Both the position numbers and the translations under genes were made by a program. From positions 2,528,001 through 2,592,000 of the forward strand of contig CH464491.1 in assembly GCA_000002445.1 (NCBI GenBank): a stretch of DNA of 64,000 nucleotides, in the 5' to 3' direction. The notes below the pieces were generated by a model. The model saw only the letters and a list, made by a program, of their open reading frames with translations, searched no databases and was not told the origin of the DNA. The stretch comes from Trypanosoma brucei (taxonomy: Eukaryota). This document shows positions 1-9,948 of this stretch, piece by piece; position 1 is the first letter of the stretch; the number at the start of each line of letters is the position of its first letter.

Positions 1-152
1 TTGGCACGCACCTTCACTTTCTCCGCCTCCACTAGGCGCATTTTCTCCACGTCATATTCTTCTTGAGCAGCTGAGTTGAGCTCATCCGCCTTTTCCTGCG
101 CTTCGCGCTCAATAAAGTCAATCATACTCTGAATCTGGCGTGCCTCGCTCAT
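1..152 (-). CDS. V-type proton ATPase subunit E, N-terminal fragment; the gene continues past the window start
   Basis: The reverse complement of 1-152 starts at the ATG at 152-150 and reads MSEARQIQSMIDFIEREAQEKADELNSAAQEEYDVEKMRLVEAEKVKVRA. This matches the conserved N-terminus of V-ATPase subunit E (QIxxMxxFIxQEAxEKAxEI...EEEFxIEKxRLV). The frame is open to position 1. Confidence 0.6.
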   Translation of the reverse strand, partial: MSEARQIQSMIDFIEREAQEKADELNSAAQEEYDVEKMRLVEAEKVKVRA

Positions 153-660
153 CTTGGATTCTTCTTTTTATTTTGCTTTATTTCGACTCTTCAGACACTT
201 TCTATATCAAGTTTTGGCCGGGTGAAATCTGCTAAACTTCGGCTGTCTTTTCCTTCGAATGATTGGCAAGTTGTTATTTTACCCGGGAGGAACGCGTGCG
301 CTAGCAAGGGACGAGTGCAAACCTATCGCGAGGGGGTGAAGGAAAAGGTTCACAGGAAAAAAAAAGGACGCGTAAAGGTGACAAAACACTGCCATCTGAA
401 AGAAAAATGTGTGACCGCATGCGCGTCTATTTGTCAATAACATGCGGCCCCAACCAAAGCAGCATCGTTAGGGGTCACCGCAAGTTGGATTAAGCTGTGT
501 TACCTTAACAATGATTACGAGAACTGATAGAAGGGAATGAAAAACGAACATAAGAATATGTGAATAAACAGCGGAGGAACCAGACGAAAAAGGGAAACGG
601 TAAAAGAAGAAAAACCCGTCACCACAACTCTCGTTGGGGTAGGCACCTCAGTTACCACAG

Positions 661-1017
661 TTAGTTCCACATTTGTTCTGCAACCCTGTACGCTTCCCAC
701 AGAAACATTACCACAAGAGGCATATTTACGGGGATGAGGTGACGCCTCCATAACCTAAATCGCCAGTAGTGTGCCGCCACCAGTGCGGCATAGACAGACC
801 AAACACTAAACGCGATGAACAAGCTGAGAGATGGGACGCGGAAGAACGGTAAAGCGGCGGTGGCAACTACTGCTCCCAGTATGACGAAGCAATTACGAAA
901 TGTAGTGAACCAATGAATCCCCTCACCCGAGGAAAAGAAGACGTAAAAACACATGCAACAGCTAATAATGCCATAGGGCCAAAGAAAGATGAGTGCAATG
1001 TTCTGCAGAATGTCCAT
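661..1017 (-). CDS. small hydrophobic hypothetical protein of 118 aa, possibly membrane-bound
   Basis: The ORF lies on the same strand as the surrounding PTU and is predicted to have several hydrophobic helices. I recognise no homology, so it could be spurious. Confidence 0.25.
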   Translation of the reverse strand: MDILQNIALIFLWPYGIISCCMCFYVFFSSGEGIHWFTTFRNCFVILGAVVATAALPFFRVPSLSLFIAFSVWSVYAALVAAHYWRFRLWRRHLIPVNMPLVVMFLWEAYRVAEQMWN

Positions 1018-1549
1018 CGGCCCCGCTTCTTCTTGTGCTTATTCCTTCAGTCCCTGTCTTGCGCCTATGGGCTCGTCCTTAACTTGCACGGGGGCGTGTC
1101 CAGCAAATGCGGAAATGAAGCGAACTGTCGTCGGTGGGAAGAGTGGAGCAGGAGGTGCAAAAGATATGAGCAAGTTTACCACAAAACGAATGTCGAGAAA
1201 TAAGAACCACCTACCAAAAACACATGTATTACTCAGTCACACACATATGCGGCCGGCCGTGAAGCAAGGTTATTAACCACACATGCGCACTGCATCAGGC
1301 GGTTACACCGAACGCAGCCCAGACGAGTCATCCCAACAAATGAAAGAAACGTACCCACTAGGCTCCAGCGCACAACACACCGACAGCGGGAGCGCATGCG
1401 TCAAAGTCACCTCCCAAGACACCCCAACACAAGCCACAAAAAGGAGCGGTTGCATTCATTGAAACACCTAACGCGTTCCCTCTTTTTTGTTGATCATTGA
1501 AGAATTTAGAGGAAAGACTCGAAGGACACCATTGGCAGAATACACTCTG

Positions 1550-2686
1550 CTACTTGGCAGGCGTAGCTCCCCCATGCTCAGCGTCTATTTCGTCAAGGAA
1601 CTTTGTTGTCCGATCCAAACAACTGCGTTGCAGCACATTGTTACTAGCAACCTTTTTCAATCCCTCCAGTTTTGAGCGCAGCGCCTTACGGTGCTTTGTG
1701 TCGCCTCCCCAGAACTTTTTCAACACCTCAAGAACGTCCCTGCTTGTGCTTTTGGGTAACTCCCGCGAAACAGAAGGCGGACACTGCACCCCCGCATATG
1801 CCTGACAGGGCTGCACAGTGCATTGCCAGCGTCTGGAAGAACTTGCAGACGACGGACGCCCACGGAAAAAATGTGCATGAGGCGGCTGACGTTGTTCACA
1901 AGGTGCTTCCCCCACAGGGACCGTGTTGTGACGGAGGTGTGAACTGAACTTTGGCAGTGCCCGTTCTGATGCTACGTTGATGTTCTGTAATGCATCTTCC
2001 TCACTGTTGGATCCCGGTTCAGTCGCACCACTACACCCTTCATCATCAAGCGCCCGTATCTCTTCCTCCAAGAATGTCCGAGAAAAGCAAAAATACTTTC
2101 TTACAACGGCCTCCCAAAAGCGCACCATCGTCTCCTCATCGGTCACATGCCGGCCAAAAATCTTGGCAAGGACAGGTATTTGGCGGAATATGTCGTTGGT
2201 GAGTTGCTCCGTAATGGGGCGGAGCTTGAAGGTTACGGGGTCGACAAGTGAGCCAATTGCATCGAAGGCAGTGACAACACCTCGTGGGCACTCCTCCTTC
2301 ATTATAAGGTCCAAATCTTCTTCAGACAAAACACCTGTGTCGACAGCGGCGTCACAAATGGCAGATGTCACCCATTGCACATTGCTACCCTCGGTCCCAT
2401 CCACAAGCCGCACATTCTTGACAAACTGCTCTCGCTCCCGTGCGTTTACGAACCGCATGACAAAAGTCCTTGAACCCACAATAACCTTGGCTGCGCAACT
2501 ATCCCTCCGAGAGCGCAGGAGCTGCGTAATTTCGGTTATCGTGAAGACATCAGGTTCAGCCTCCCTATTTTCGTCGTCTTTGGGCGTGCACGTCACCACA
2601 GAACCATGGAATTCGATCACGCATTGTCTACCATTACACAAAACCTCCATATCAATGCACAAGCTTCGCGGTATACAAAACCTCAA
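1550..2686 (-). CDS. conserved hypothetical protein of 378 aa with an N-terminal PH-like region and an acidic, Ser-rich tail
   Basis: A long ORF on the PTU strand with coding-like composition. The N-terminal segment CVIEFHGSVVTCTPKDD...RTFVMRFVNAREREQFVKNV resembles a PH/GRAM-like fold. I recognise no definite family. Confidence 0.5.
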   Translation of the reverse strand: MRFCIPRSLCIDMEVLCNGRQCVIEFHGSVVTCTPKDDENREAEPDVFTITEITQLLRSRRDSCAAKVIVGSRTFVMRFVNAREREQFVKNVRLVDGTEGSNVQWVTSAICDAAVDTGVLSEEDLDLIMKEECPRGVVTAFDAIGSLVDPVTFKLRPITEQLTNDIFRQIPVLAKIFGRHVTDEETMVRFWEAVVRKYFCFSRTFLEEEIRALDDEGCSGATEPGSNSEEDALQNINVASERALPKFSSHLRHNTVPVGEAPCEQRQPPHAHFFRGRPSSASSSRRWQCTVQPCQAYAGVQCPPSVSRELPKSTSRDVLEVLKKFWGGDTKHRKALRSKLEGLKKVASNNVLQRSCLDRTTKFLDEIDAEHGGATPAK

Positions 2687-3270
2687 CTTTTGTCTTACTT
2701 TGCCTTTTACACAAGTGCCGCCTCAGGTGGCTGACACCAGCGCCTGAGGCAATAGCCAAACCGCAGCATGAGGGGAAGAAGAGAAGAGAAAAATAAAGGA
2801 AGGAGAGGGACGATAACGTGGCGCGCAGAAGAGATATTGAAAGGTGCGCACAGCTAAGTTAGTTGTATACATAGACATAGGAACTCTGAAGGAAGACTGA
2901 AGTAGGAGGTGACGGATAAAGTCAACCCCGAACTCATTGTCAAGCACATCTACCTCCTTATCCTAAACGGACGTAGGGAGAAAGTAAGAATGAGCAACCC
3001 GGAAAACAAGGTAGCGCGTGCCGCACGGCCACAGAAATCATCACAAGTATTACCTCTTCACTACCACTGGCACCACGGTTTATTTGCTCTTCTTCGTTTG
3101 TTACGGAGCAACGCCCCAGAAAATAAATGAAAGAGAAGTGGCAGATAGGTGAGGCGAAGATTCTACACGTACATTATTCGCCAAACACCTCCGCCCCCCA
3201 CCCCTTCCCCTCGGGTATCAGCCCAGAGACAAAATGAAATTGTTGCGTGACGAAAGAAGAAAAGATAAAT

Positions 3271-4929
3271 TTACATATTTAATCTAATGTCCTTGATGTC
3301 TTTCACTCCACACTGTGTGAGAAACCGTCGGACGCTCGACAAATCTTTGATATTCAACACCGAGGAGTCTGGGAGATATATAATGCTGCTTGTATTGTCT
3401 GACCGAAACACGGTTACAGAACGACAGGGCTTCATACTTTTGTACGCGTCCGTCTCGGGAATTTTCCAGCACCGTTTCAACATCTTGAAGAAACGTTCGT
3501 CGCTCTCGATTGCCGGGGATACGTCGGTGTAGTATGCGACAAACATATCAGTTGTTACAGACGAGGTACTGTTCATGTTCGGCCAGCAGTTAATAAAGTC
3601 AAAAATAATCTCTTCCCGACTGGCAATGCCCTCCTCTACATCGGGGTGAAAACAGGCGTTAAACACGAAGAGGTTCAACATGTCTTTGTAGTCGACAGAC
3701 CCTCCTCCCTCAATAACAAGCTGCTGGAAGGCCGATATAACACCTTGCAACCGGCTCTGCGGCAACTCGCAGCGAAGCTCCCGAAGGAATTCCTGCGCAA
3801 CAACAAAACCATTGCCAACACGGTCCAATTTCTTGAAGATAACATCAAGTTCGCCCGGGTGAATGGTAACTCCCATGAGGCTAATGCCATGGAAAATATC
3901 TTGGCGCCGGACTGGAGTCACGCACTGCTCGTTGCAGGCAACACCCAACACCTTTGATAGCAACCTAAACCCCAAACGACCACCAAAGTACAACACACCC
4001 TCCCGGATGAGGGAAATGATCGCGGACAAGTCCACTTCGTAGCTCTCTGACAAAACTCCCACATTACCGCGTCCGGTGAGGTTTCGCAGCGATGATACCG
4101 ACATGGTGTTGGTCACACCGTAGTTGGCTGCGACAACAACAAAAAGATTTGTGGGCTCGGTTGTTACGGCAGCCACAGACCTTGAGTGGTTGTCACCGGC
4201 AAAAGAGCAGTCCATCCCATACTCAAATCCGAAGGACGTCCTTTGCAGTTTTTTAATGCACCGCAGCGGTTGGTTCGTTGCTGCATGGTAAAGAACGAAC
4301 CGATCACCAACGCGTACGGGGGCACCATAGCGGATGTCATCGCGTTTCTCACCCGGTTTCGCAACAACAAATATGTTGTCTTTGCTCGTTCCCAATGACG
4401 CTACTGCGAGCTGAGCGCCTGACTGGCCTACATCACGAATACTTGAGTGAAGATATAAAAACCCTTCAGAATGAGCGGCTTCATTCGCGATACGTATGTG
4501 CTGACCGTAATGCAGCACATTCTCCTCCTTTAGCTGCTTCGTGTAGCCGACATTGTTCTCATCTTCCGCCCGCATCAAGACCCATTCAACTCGCTGTCGA
4601 GGCGCGGTATTGCCGGTAGCGGTAAGCAAAAATTGGTGAGGCAGCCGCTGTGGATGTGTCCACGCCGTGTCTACAGCCAATACCGCCTCCGTTGCGACGT
4701 TAAGCAGACGTAATGGCTTCCCAAGCATGATCACGTCTCCCATTGTCATCGAATGTGTATCAGCATCCACACAAGACTCCTCTAAACGTTGTGAACCAAG
4801 GATGTCAGCATCATGACCCATTTTACTTCTGTAGGATTTTATTTTGTCCTCGGCTACCCGCATGTCCTCATACCAGTTACCCACAAGCACTCCTGGGGAG
4901 TACCGCATCGGGTTCTTTAATTCGTTCAT
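3271..4929 (-). CDS. conserved hypothetical protein of about 553 aa with a C-terminal EF-hand-like pair, possibly flagellar or Ca-binding
   Basis: The ORF track gives 3271..5112. The first 61 codons (MLKCSNTFSLLSLLSS...) are low-complexity, and the revised start codon sits at 4929-4927, giving MNELKNPMRYSPGV. The C-terminus carries an EF-hand-like loop, DRVGNGFVVAQE, with the right spacing, followed by a second degenerate loop. Confidence 0.5.
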   Translation of the reverse strand: MNELKNPMRYSPGVLVGNWYEDMRVAEDKIKSYRSKMGHDADILGSQRLEESCVDADTHSMTMGDVIMLGKPLRLLNVATEAVLAVDTAWTHPQRLPHQFLLTATGNTAPRQRVEWVLMRAEDENNVGYTKQLKEENVLHYGQHIRIANEAAHSEGFLYLHSSIRDVGQSGAQLAVASLGTSKDNIFVVAKPGEKRDDIRYGAPVRVGDRFVLYHAATNQPLRCIKKLQRTSFGFEYGMDCSFAGDNHSRSVAAVTTEPTNLFVVVAANYGVTNTMSVSSLRNLTGRGNVGVLSESYEVDLSAIISLIREGVLYFGGRLGFRLLSKVLGVACNEQCVTPVRRQDIFHGISLMGVTIHPGELDVIFKKLDRVGNGFVVAQEFLRELRCELPQSRLQGVISAFQQLVIEGGGSVDYKDMLNLFVFNACFHPDVEEGIASREEIIFDFINCWPNMNSTSSVTTDMFVAYYTDVSPAIESDERFFKMLKRCWKIPETDAYKSMKPCRSVTVFRSDNTSSIIYLPDSSVLNIKDLSSVRRFLTQCGVKDIKDIRLNM

Positions 4930-5379
4930 GGTGCTCTTGGGGGTAATGATATCAAAGAGACCCGCTAAAGGGAAGGAACAAGCAATGGCCCGTAGACGGT
5001 GCAAAAAATATATATATATAGAAATAGATGGCGCGGAAACGCAGCGAAGGAGGAATAAGTTGAGTGAGGAAAGAAGTGATAAGAGGGAAAAAGTATTGCT
5101 GCACTTGAGCACAAGTACCAGCTGCTGGGGCGAGTATCACAAGAAAATTCACAACGAAAGAAGTAGAGGAACAAGTCCAGATGAAGTAGCACACAAACGC
5201 CTTCGCTTTTGCCTTTCGCTCTTTTCTCTTTCTTTCCCTTAGAGGGGTGGGAGAAAAGCATAGACTCATCCCTCTTCCTTTTATTAGAGCATCTGTATGT
5301 GTGTTCCCCCGACGATCTTCACTGCGAGAAAAAAATATATTATCTCAATTACTCAACTGTTGCACACAAACCGCGATAA

Positions 5380-5952
5380 TCATTCCAATACCCCACAATC
5401 CACAATAGACACCTTAAGGGACGGAAACCCTGATGGGTCAATAGGAACCTGTTCAATCTCTTGAACAACATCAAGCCCATCAGCGACCTGGCCGAAACAT
5501 ATGCACGTCCCGTTCAAGTGATTGGCTTCCTTCGCAGTCAAAATGAAAAACTGCGAGCCGTGCGCGTTCGGCGAGCTGGAAGCCGTGCCGACCAGACCGG
5601 GTTTGTCGAAGACAGAGGCCCTCACCTCCTCCGGGGCGCTGAAAGTACCACCATAGATAGAAAGCTGTTCCGTCCCTCGCCCCGTTACAATATCACCTCC
5701 CTGAATTAAATACCCCTTCTCCACACGGTGGAAAGTGGAGTTTTTGTACGTGAGCTGCGGAAGGGCGCTCTCCGATATCAGTTTATCCCTGTTCCCCGAT
5801 TCATATGTGTCCGTCGAGACATTTCCACTACAGAGTTCAATAAAGTTCTTCACAGCTGATGGGCACTTCCGCGGAAAGAGTTTAAAGACGATCCTCCGCG
5901 GTGCTTTGGTCCCGATGGCGATATCCATGAAGGCTCGCTCAGAAATGCGCAT
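5380..5952 (-). CDS. cyclophilin-type peptidyl-prolyl cis-trans isomerase
   Basis: The protein contains FHRVEKGYLIQGGDIVTGRGTEQLSIYGGTF...GLVGTASSSPNAHGSQFFIL...HLNGTCICFGQVADGLDVVQEIEQ, which is the canonical cyclophilin core (FHRV..F..QGGD, SQFFI, W.DGKHVVFG equivalents). The true start may be the internal Met of MDIAIG. Confidence 0.8.
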   Translation of the reverse strand: MRISERAFMDIAIGTKAPRRIVFKLFPRKCPSAVKNFIELCSGNVSTDTYESGNRDKLISESALPQLTYKNSTFHRVEKGYLIQGGDIVTGRGTEQLSIYGGTFSAPEEVRASVFDKPGLVGTASSSPNAHGSQFFILTAKEANHLNGTCICFGQVADGLDVVQEIEQVPIDPSGFPSLKVSIVDCGVLE

Positions 5953-6446
5953 TAGTTGGCACCTCTCGACGGCCGGAGCGGCTCAGTTCTCCTCTTGTCT
6001 TCACGTGTAACAAAGGAGAGAAACATGAGATGGAAAACCCACGCTCATAAGTGTAAGGCGCACAGGCTGGAGAAACGACAGAGTAAATTGAACAAAAAAA
6101 AGACCCGAACCCCTCTTTTTTTATTTTATTACATGTATATATGTATGTACGGTGCGTTTCAAAATAAAGTATACCAAGGAAAAACTACCTGGTGGTGGCA
6201 GTTCCCGCCGTTATCATATTCTATGGGGGAAACTTCTCTAACTTGGCATCGCTCAAGTGGAGGTTTCTTTTTCTTTGTTGTCGTTCCTTTAAAATCCTTT
6301 ACTTCTCGCGGTGCTTCTATGGGAACAAATCGGTGCATTTTCATGGCTTCACCATTATGGAAATCACTTTCATCTTTAATTTGTGCTTCTAAAGTATTGC
6401 TCCACGCGTACGCACATCTAAAAGGTGGCGATGGTGGAATAAATTT

Positions 6447-7136
6447 CTATGGTGTGTCGGTGGCTGTGGCCCGCAGCCCATCAAATGTCAGAGTACCATC
6501 TAAAATGTTATTTGCGATCTCCTCGTCCACATGATGCCAGGTCCAGCCAGGCTCCATCGACACCTCTTTCCAGTTATCCCATTCGTAGTATGTCCTGCAA
6601 ATGAAGGCATTCTTAGGTTCTATAGTTTTAAACTGTGTCGGTTTCAGTTTCGCCAATTGATCTAGGGTGTGTGCATACAACGGTGCAGCTTTCCCATCAA
6701 TGCGCCACCCCACCAAATGATTTTTATGAACCACCATCGGGGGACGAAGCGGTGAGCTGCCTGCCACACGGAACGGAAGAGAGTGAAGATGTTTCATAAC
6801 TCTCACTATTTTGCGTTTACTAACTACTGAGGCATCGCACAGCTCGTGGTCCCCGCTTTCACCCTGCCACTGTGGACTTACCACGAGCCCCAACACACTT
6901 TCGGGTCTGTGGAGAAGCCAAAGGGCTCTCTGGCCGCCTTGAGACGACTGCGAGATAAGAAGGTTAGGGACAGGGTCACAAATTCTCTGCAACGGAGTCG
7001 ATGTTTGGCCCTTTAACCATAAATTCGCCTGGCCGTGTGCTGCGCCAGAATGAGCATAGGCAAGGAGCGCCTGGTAGGCCCACGGCATCCAAACTTTGGT
7101 CATTATGATAGTACTGTTGATTTTCCTTTGTTTCAC
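6447..7136 (-). CDS. conserved hypothetical protein of 229 aa
   Basis: An ORF on the PTU strand with coding-like composition. No family recognised. Confidence 0.45.
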   Translation of the reverse strand: MKQRKINSTIIMTKVWMPWAYQALLAYAHSGAAHGQANLWLKGQTSTPLQRICDPVPNLLISQSSQGGQRALWLLHRPESVLGLVVSPQWQGESGDHELCDASVVSKRKIVRVMKHLHSLPFRVAGSSPLRPPMVVHKNHLVGWRIDGKAAPLYAHTLDQLAKLKPTQFKTIEPKNAFICRTYYEWDNWKEVSMEPGWTWHHVDEEIANNILDGTLTFDGLRATATDTP

Positions 7137-7459
7137 CGTGATTGTGTCTATTCATCTGGAGTGGAAACGGACAAAGCAAAAACAGTGAAAACGAGCAAAC
7201 AATAAAGTGGCACGTTAAGTTGACGCAGTCGCCACACCGGTTATGGAAACCATGAACGGCGAAATCCAAAGGGGGAATGAGACGTGGTAGTTGTTAACAG
7301 GCCAGAAAAAGTTAAACACCGAGGTGTACAGCCTTCTGGTGCATGTTTGGGGGTGGTGTGGGAAGGAGAGGGGAAATCTCAAAAGCAAAAGAAACGGAAA
7401 ATTGAGAAGCACAAATTAATGTTTCACTTGGTGTAGAAAAATGTGCCGGACACCAACAC

Positions 7460-8521
7460 TTAGTGCTTCTTACCAAAAGGATTTAGAGAAGCAAAAGCAT
7501 CGTTCTGACTGCTGGTCAACGTGGTGTGAGCGGGAGCGAGGTTTGGGAACTGATTACTTGATGCCGCTGGGTGGAAGCCCTCATTACTCTCCATATGCGC
7601 CGGCATCGCCCCGCGGGGCCCGTACGATTGGAAAGGTCCAGCGCCAGGAATCGAAGCAAATGGGGCATCCGGCATACCACCGCAGTTCGGGGTGGCAAAA
7701 TTGGGGGGAAAGGACATGTACTGTGGATGCACTTGCGGTACTTGGGGAATTCCAGCACCTCCAACTCCACCCAACGCCATTCCTGGAGGGAATTGTCCAC
7801 CGGCAGTGCCCGACATGCCGGGAAATGGTACGTTGGCCTGCGGGGTAGGTTGAGGAACGGAAGCAAACAGATCAGCGGCAGTGAGTGGAACCGATTGTAT
7901 GGCCCCACTGGTTGCGCCAGTTTGTGCAGGGGGCGGGGCAGTAGTAAAATCCGAAAACATGTCATCCTCCGTGGCCGATGCGTTAGTATTCTGCTGTCGG
8001 GGCGGTGGGGCAGTGATTACATCAAAAATGTCGACGGGTGGCCCAACTGGTGACGGTTGTGGGGCTGTCGCTGACCCCTTCGCGGTAACTGACACCGTTG
8101 AGGGCGCCGAAGACGCAGTGGCCCCCCCACCGCCCCGCAAATTAAGCAAGTCGACTTGTAGCTTATCATATTCGGCGGAGCTAGCGAACTCCTTAGCTAC
8201 ATAAACGCGAGAGAAAAATTGTTGCAGCGCAAAATCATTCCCAACCGGGGGTCTCTCCCCCTTAAAACCATGTAACCACACACTTTCAGCCCTGTCATTT
8301 CCACATACCTTCAGCCGCGCCACCTCCTCGTCTGTGAACTCCGTCATGGTGATACCTTTTACTTTATGTTGCTTGTTTCGGTGCAATGATGCACACGCTG
8401 AACAAACAAAGGTTCCAAAGTCCAGGACTACGTACACAGGCCCCCTCATCCTACAGTTCATGCAGAAGCGGTTCCCATCTTTCTGGGAAAGTTTACGCAC
8501 CTCATCCCTATTACGACTCAT
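7460..8521 (-). CDS. ADP-ribosylation factor GTPase-activating protein (ArfGAP) with a Pro/Gly/Ala/Phe-rich tail
   Basis: The N-terminus CMNCRMRGPVYVVLDFGTFVCSACASLHRNKQHKVKGITMTEF is the C-x2-C-x16-C-x2-C ArfGAP zinc finger with its catalytic Arg region. The C-terminal 200 aa are low-complexity (PPP, FGMP, NPFG). Confidence 0.8.
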   Translation of the reverse strand: MSRNRDEVRKLSQKDGNRFCMNCRMRGPVYVVLDFGTFVCSACASLHRNKQHKVKGITMTEFTDEEVARLKVCGNDRAESVWLHGFKGERPPVGNDFALQQFFSRVYVAKEFASSAEYDKLQVDLLNLRGGGGATASSAPSTVSVTAKGSATAPQPSPVGPPVDIFDVITAPPPRQQNTNASATEDDMFSDFTTAPPPAQTGATSGAIQSVPLTAADLFASVPQPTPQANVPFPGMSGTAGGQFPPGMALGGVGGAGIPQVPQVHPQYMSFPPNFATPNCGGMPDAPFASIPGAGPFQSYGPRGAMPAHMESNEGFHPAASSNQFPNLAPAHTTLTSSQNDAFASLNPFGKKH

Positions 8522-8633
8522 TCTCGTCTGCTTACTGATTTGTTGTATAGTTTGAATAAGTTATGCTAAATGTTTTCTAAGATGGACAAATGAGTGATGA
8601 AGAACAATAAATAGCCCCCCTGCGCATGCACCC

Positions 8634-8656
8634 ATATATATATATATATATATATA
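8634..8656. repeat. (TA)n microsatellite
   Basis: A tatatata run read directly from the sequence, in the intergenic region downstream of the ArfGAP gene. Confidence 0.9.
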
Positions 8657-8802
8657 CAGACAGTTGCTGGAAGCTAACGAGCAGCAAGAAGTATGCACTG
8701 CGGATTTTGTGTAAAATAGTTCAGAGCGAAACCTCACGCTCATTCTCCCTTCATATTACCCGCCATCACTCGTTACATCATTCAACCGCCAAGTAAGTAT
8801 CT

Positions 8803-9729
8803 TCATACCGCAGCAGCATCCTCCTGAACAAATGGTTGTGCGACGACTTCCCATTGCTCAGCTGCCAGCACACACCAATTCGGGCTGGGTGTTTTCTTGA
8901 GCCACTGAAAGTCATCTACTGTTTTGTACATTTCCCCAGCGCGCTGAAGGTCCTCAATTTCACCCAAGCACTTCAACCACTCCTCATGGCTATTGTATCT
9001 ATGTTCTCCTATAGACGAATGAAGGATGCCCGTCCAGCAGCCGTAGGGGCCGAAACGCATCCCAGTGCAGCACTCGATGATGGGTGTTGAGGCGCAAGAA
9101 ACGTACATGTCTGAGCCTGTGCAGTTTTTCAACCTGAGCTGGTGGCAAGCAACATAAACCTTGCATTGACTGCAGTCAGAGATAAAAACAGAGCCCGCAA
9201 CGGGGGGAATAAGGATCAAACAGTTTTCACATCCTCTCAAAAACACGGCCTTTGATGGAGTAATGCATAGCGTTCTGTCACGTGCGTTACCCAGAACACC
9301 TGCAGGAAGTTCCGGTTCTTCATTGCACTGAATGGTCGGTTGCTCCGTTGTGGCCGCCCCTGCCGCTGCAGGCGTGGGGCGAGGTTTTGACGCAGAGGAA
9401 AACTTGAAGGATCGGGGCCCCTGGGTGCTCTTAGCGCTGCTATCAATAAGCGCCTGAAGGCGTGACAGTGTCGTGTTGGACTTCGCCATGTCGTATGCCG
9501 TCAGGATGCTACTGCTTGAAACCTCCTGGACAACGGCTTTAAACACGTTCAGCCTCTCTTGTGCGACACCGGTATTCCCACTACTAACATATTGAGTGAT
9601 TTCCTGCTCAAAAAGCTTCGCCTGCTCCTCAAAGTGGAGTCTCTCAGCGGAGCTACTGGAGGGTTCCGCAGCCCTTTGCTGACGTACCTCCTCGCGCTCC
9701 GCACGCGTTCTAAGAAACCTTTCTTCCAT
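8803..9729 (-). CDS. tubulin-folding cofactor C (TBCC/CARP domain protein)
   Basis: SVFISDCSQCKVYVACHQLRLKNCTGSDMYVSCASTPIIECCTGMRFGPY matches the TBCC beta-helix core (SVFLEDCSDCVLAVACQQLRTRDC...PIIESST.VRFAPF). The N-terminus is helical, as in TBCC. Confidence 0.65.
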   Translation of the reverse strand: MEERFLRTRAEREEVRQQRAAEPSSSSAERLHFEEQAKLFEQEITQYVSSGNTGVAQERLNVFKAVVQEVSSSSILTAYDMAKSNTTLSRLQALIDSSAKSTQGPRSFKFSSASKPRPTPAAAGAATTEQPTIQCNEEPELPAGVLGNARDRTLCITPSKAVFLRGCENCLILIPPVAGSVFISDCSQCKVYVACHQLRLKNCTGSDMYVSCASTPIIECCTGMRFGPYGCWTGILHSSIGEHRYNSHEEWLKCLGEIEDLQRAGEMYKTVDDFQWLKKTPSPNWCVLAAEQWEVVAQPFVQEDAAAV

Positions 9730-9948
9730 AACTCCTATTCAAGTAGTATTTGTCGTGGCGAGGGCAGCAGCAGTTCACCGGAGGTACGAACAAGGAAGAG
9801 AAATTTCAAAAAAGAATTAAGAATACAGCTGGTCCTACGTTCACACGGCCCAAAAACAGTTTTAAGAACCGTTGCAAAGTTTCACACAATTCAAGACTGC
9901 GCACGCGGTCGGGGAGCGCATCACCCTGAAGAAAAACTACCACAGCCG

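Noticed and set aside
1977-2747. 256-aa plus-strand ORF
   Set aside because: It is entirely antisense to the well-supported minus-strand gene at 1550-2686. It is Ser-rich and low-complexity, which is the typical shadow ORF of a GC3-biased coding region.
3271-4929. Initial idea that the 553-aa protein is an EFHC1/Rib72 DM10-domain protein
   Set aside because: I could not find the DM10 signature (YYYLEDD...EP...NSGI.QG) in the translation. Only the C-terminal EF-hand-like pair is supportable.
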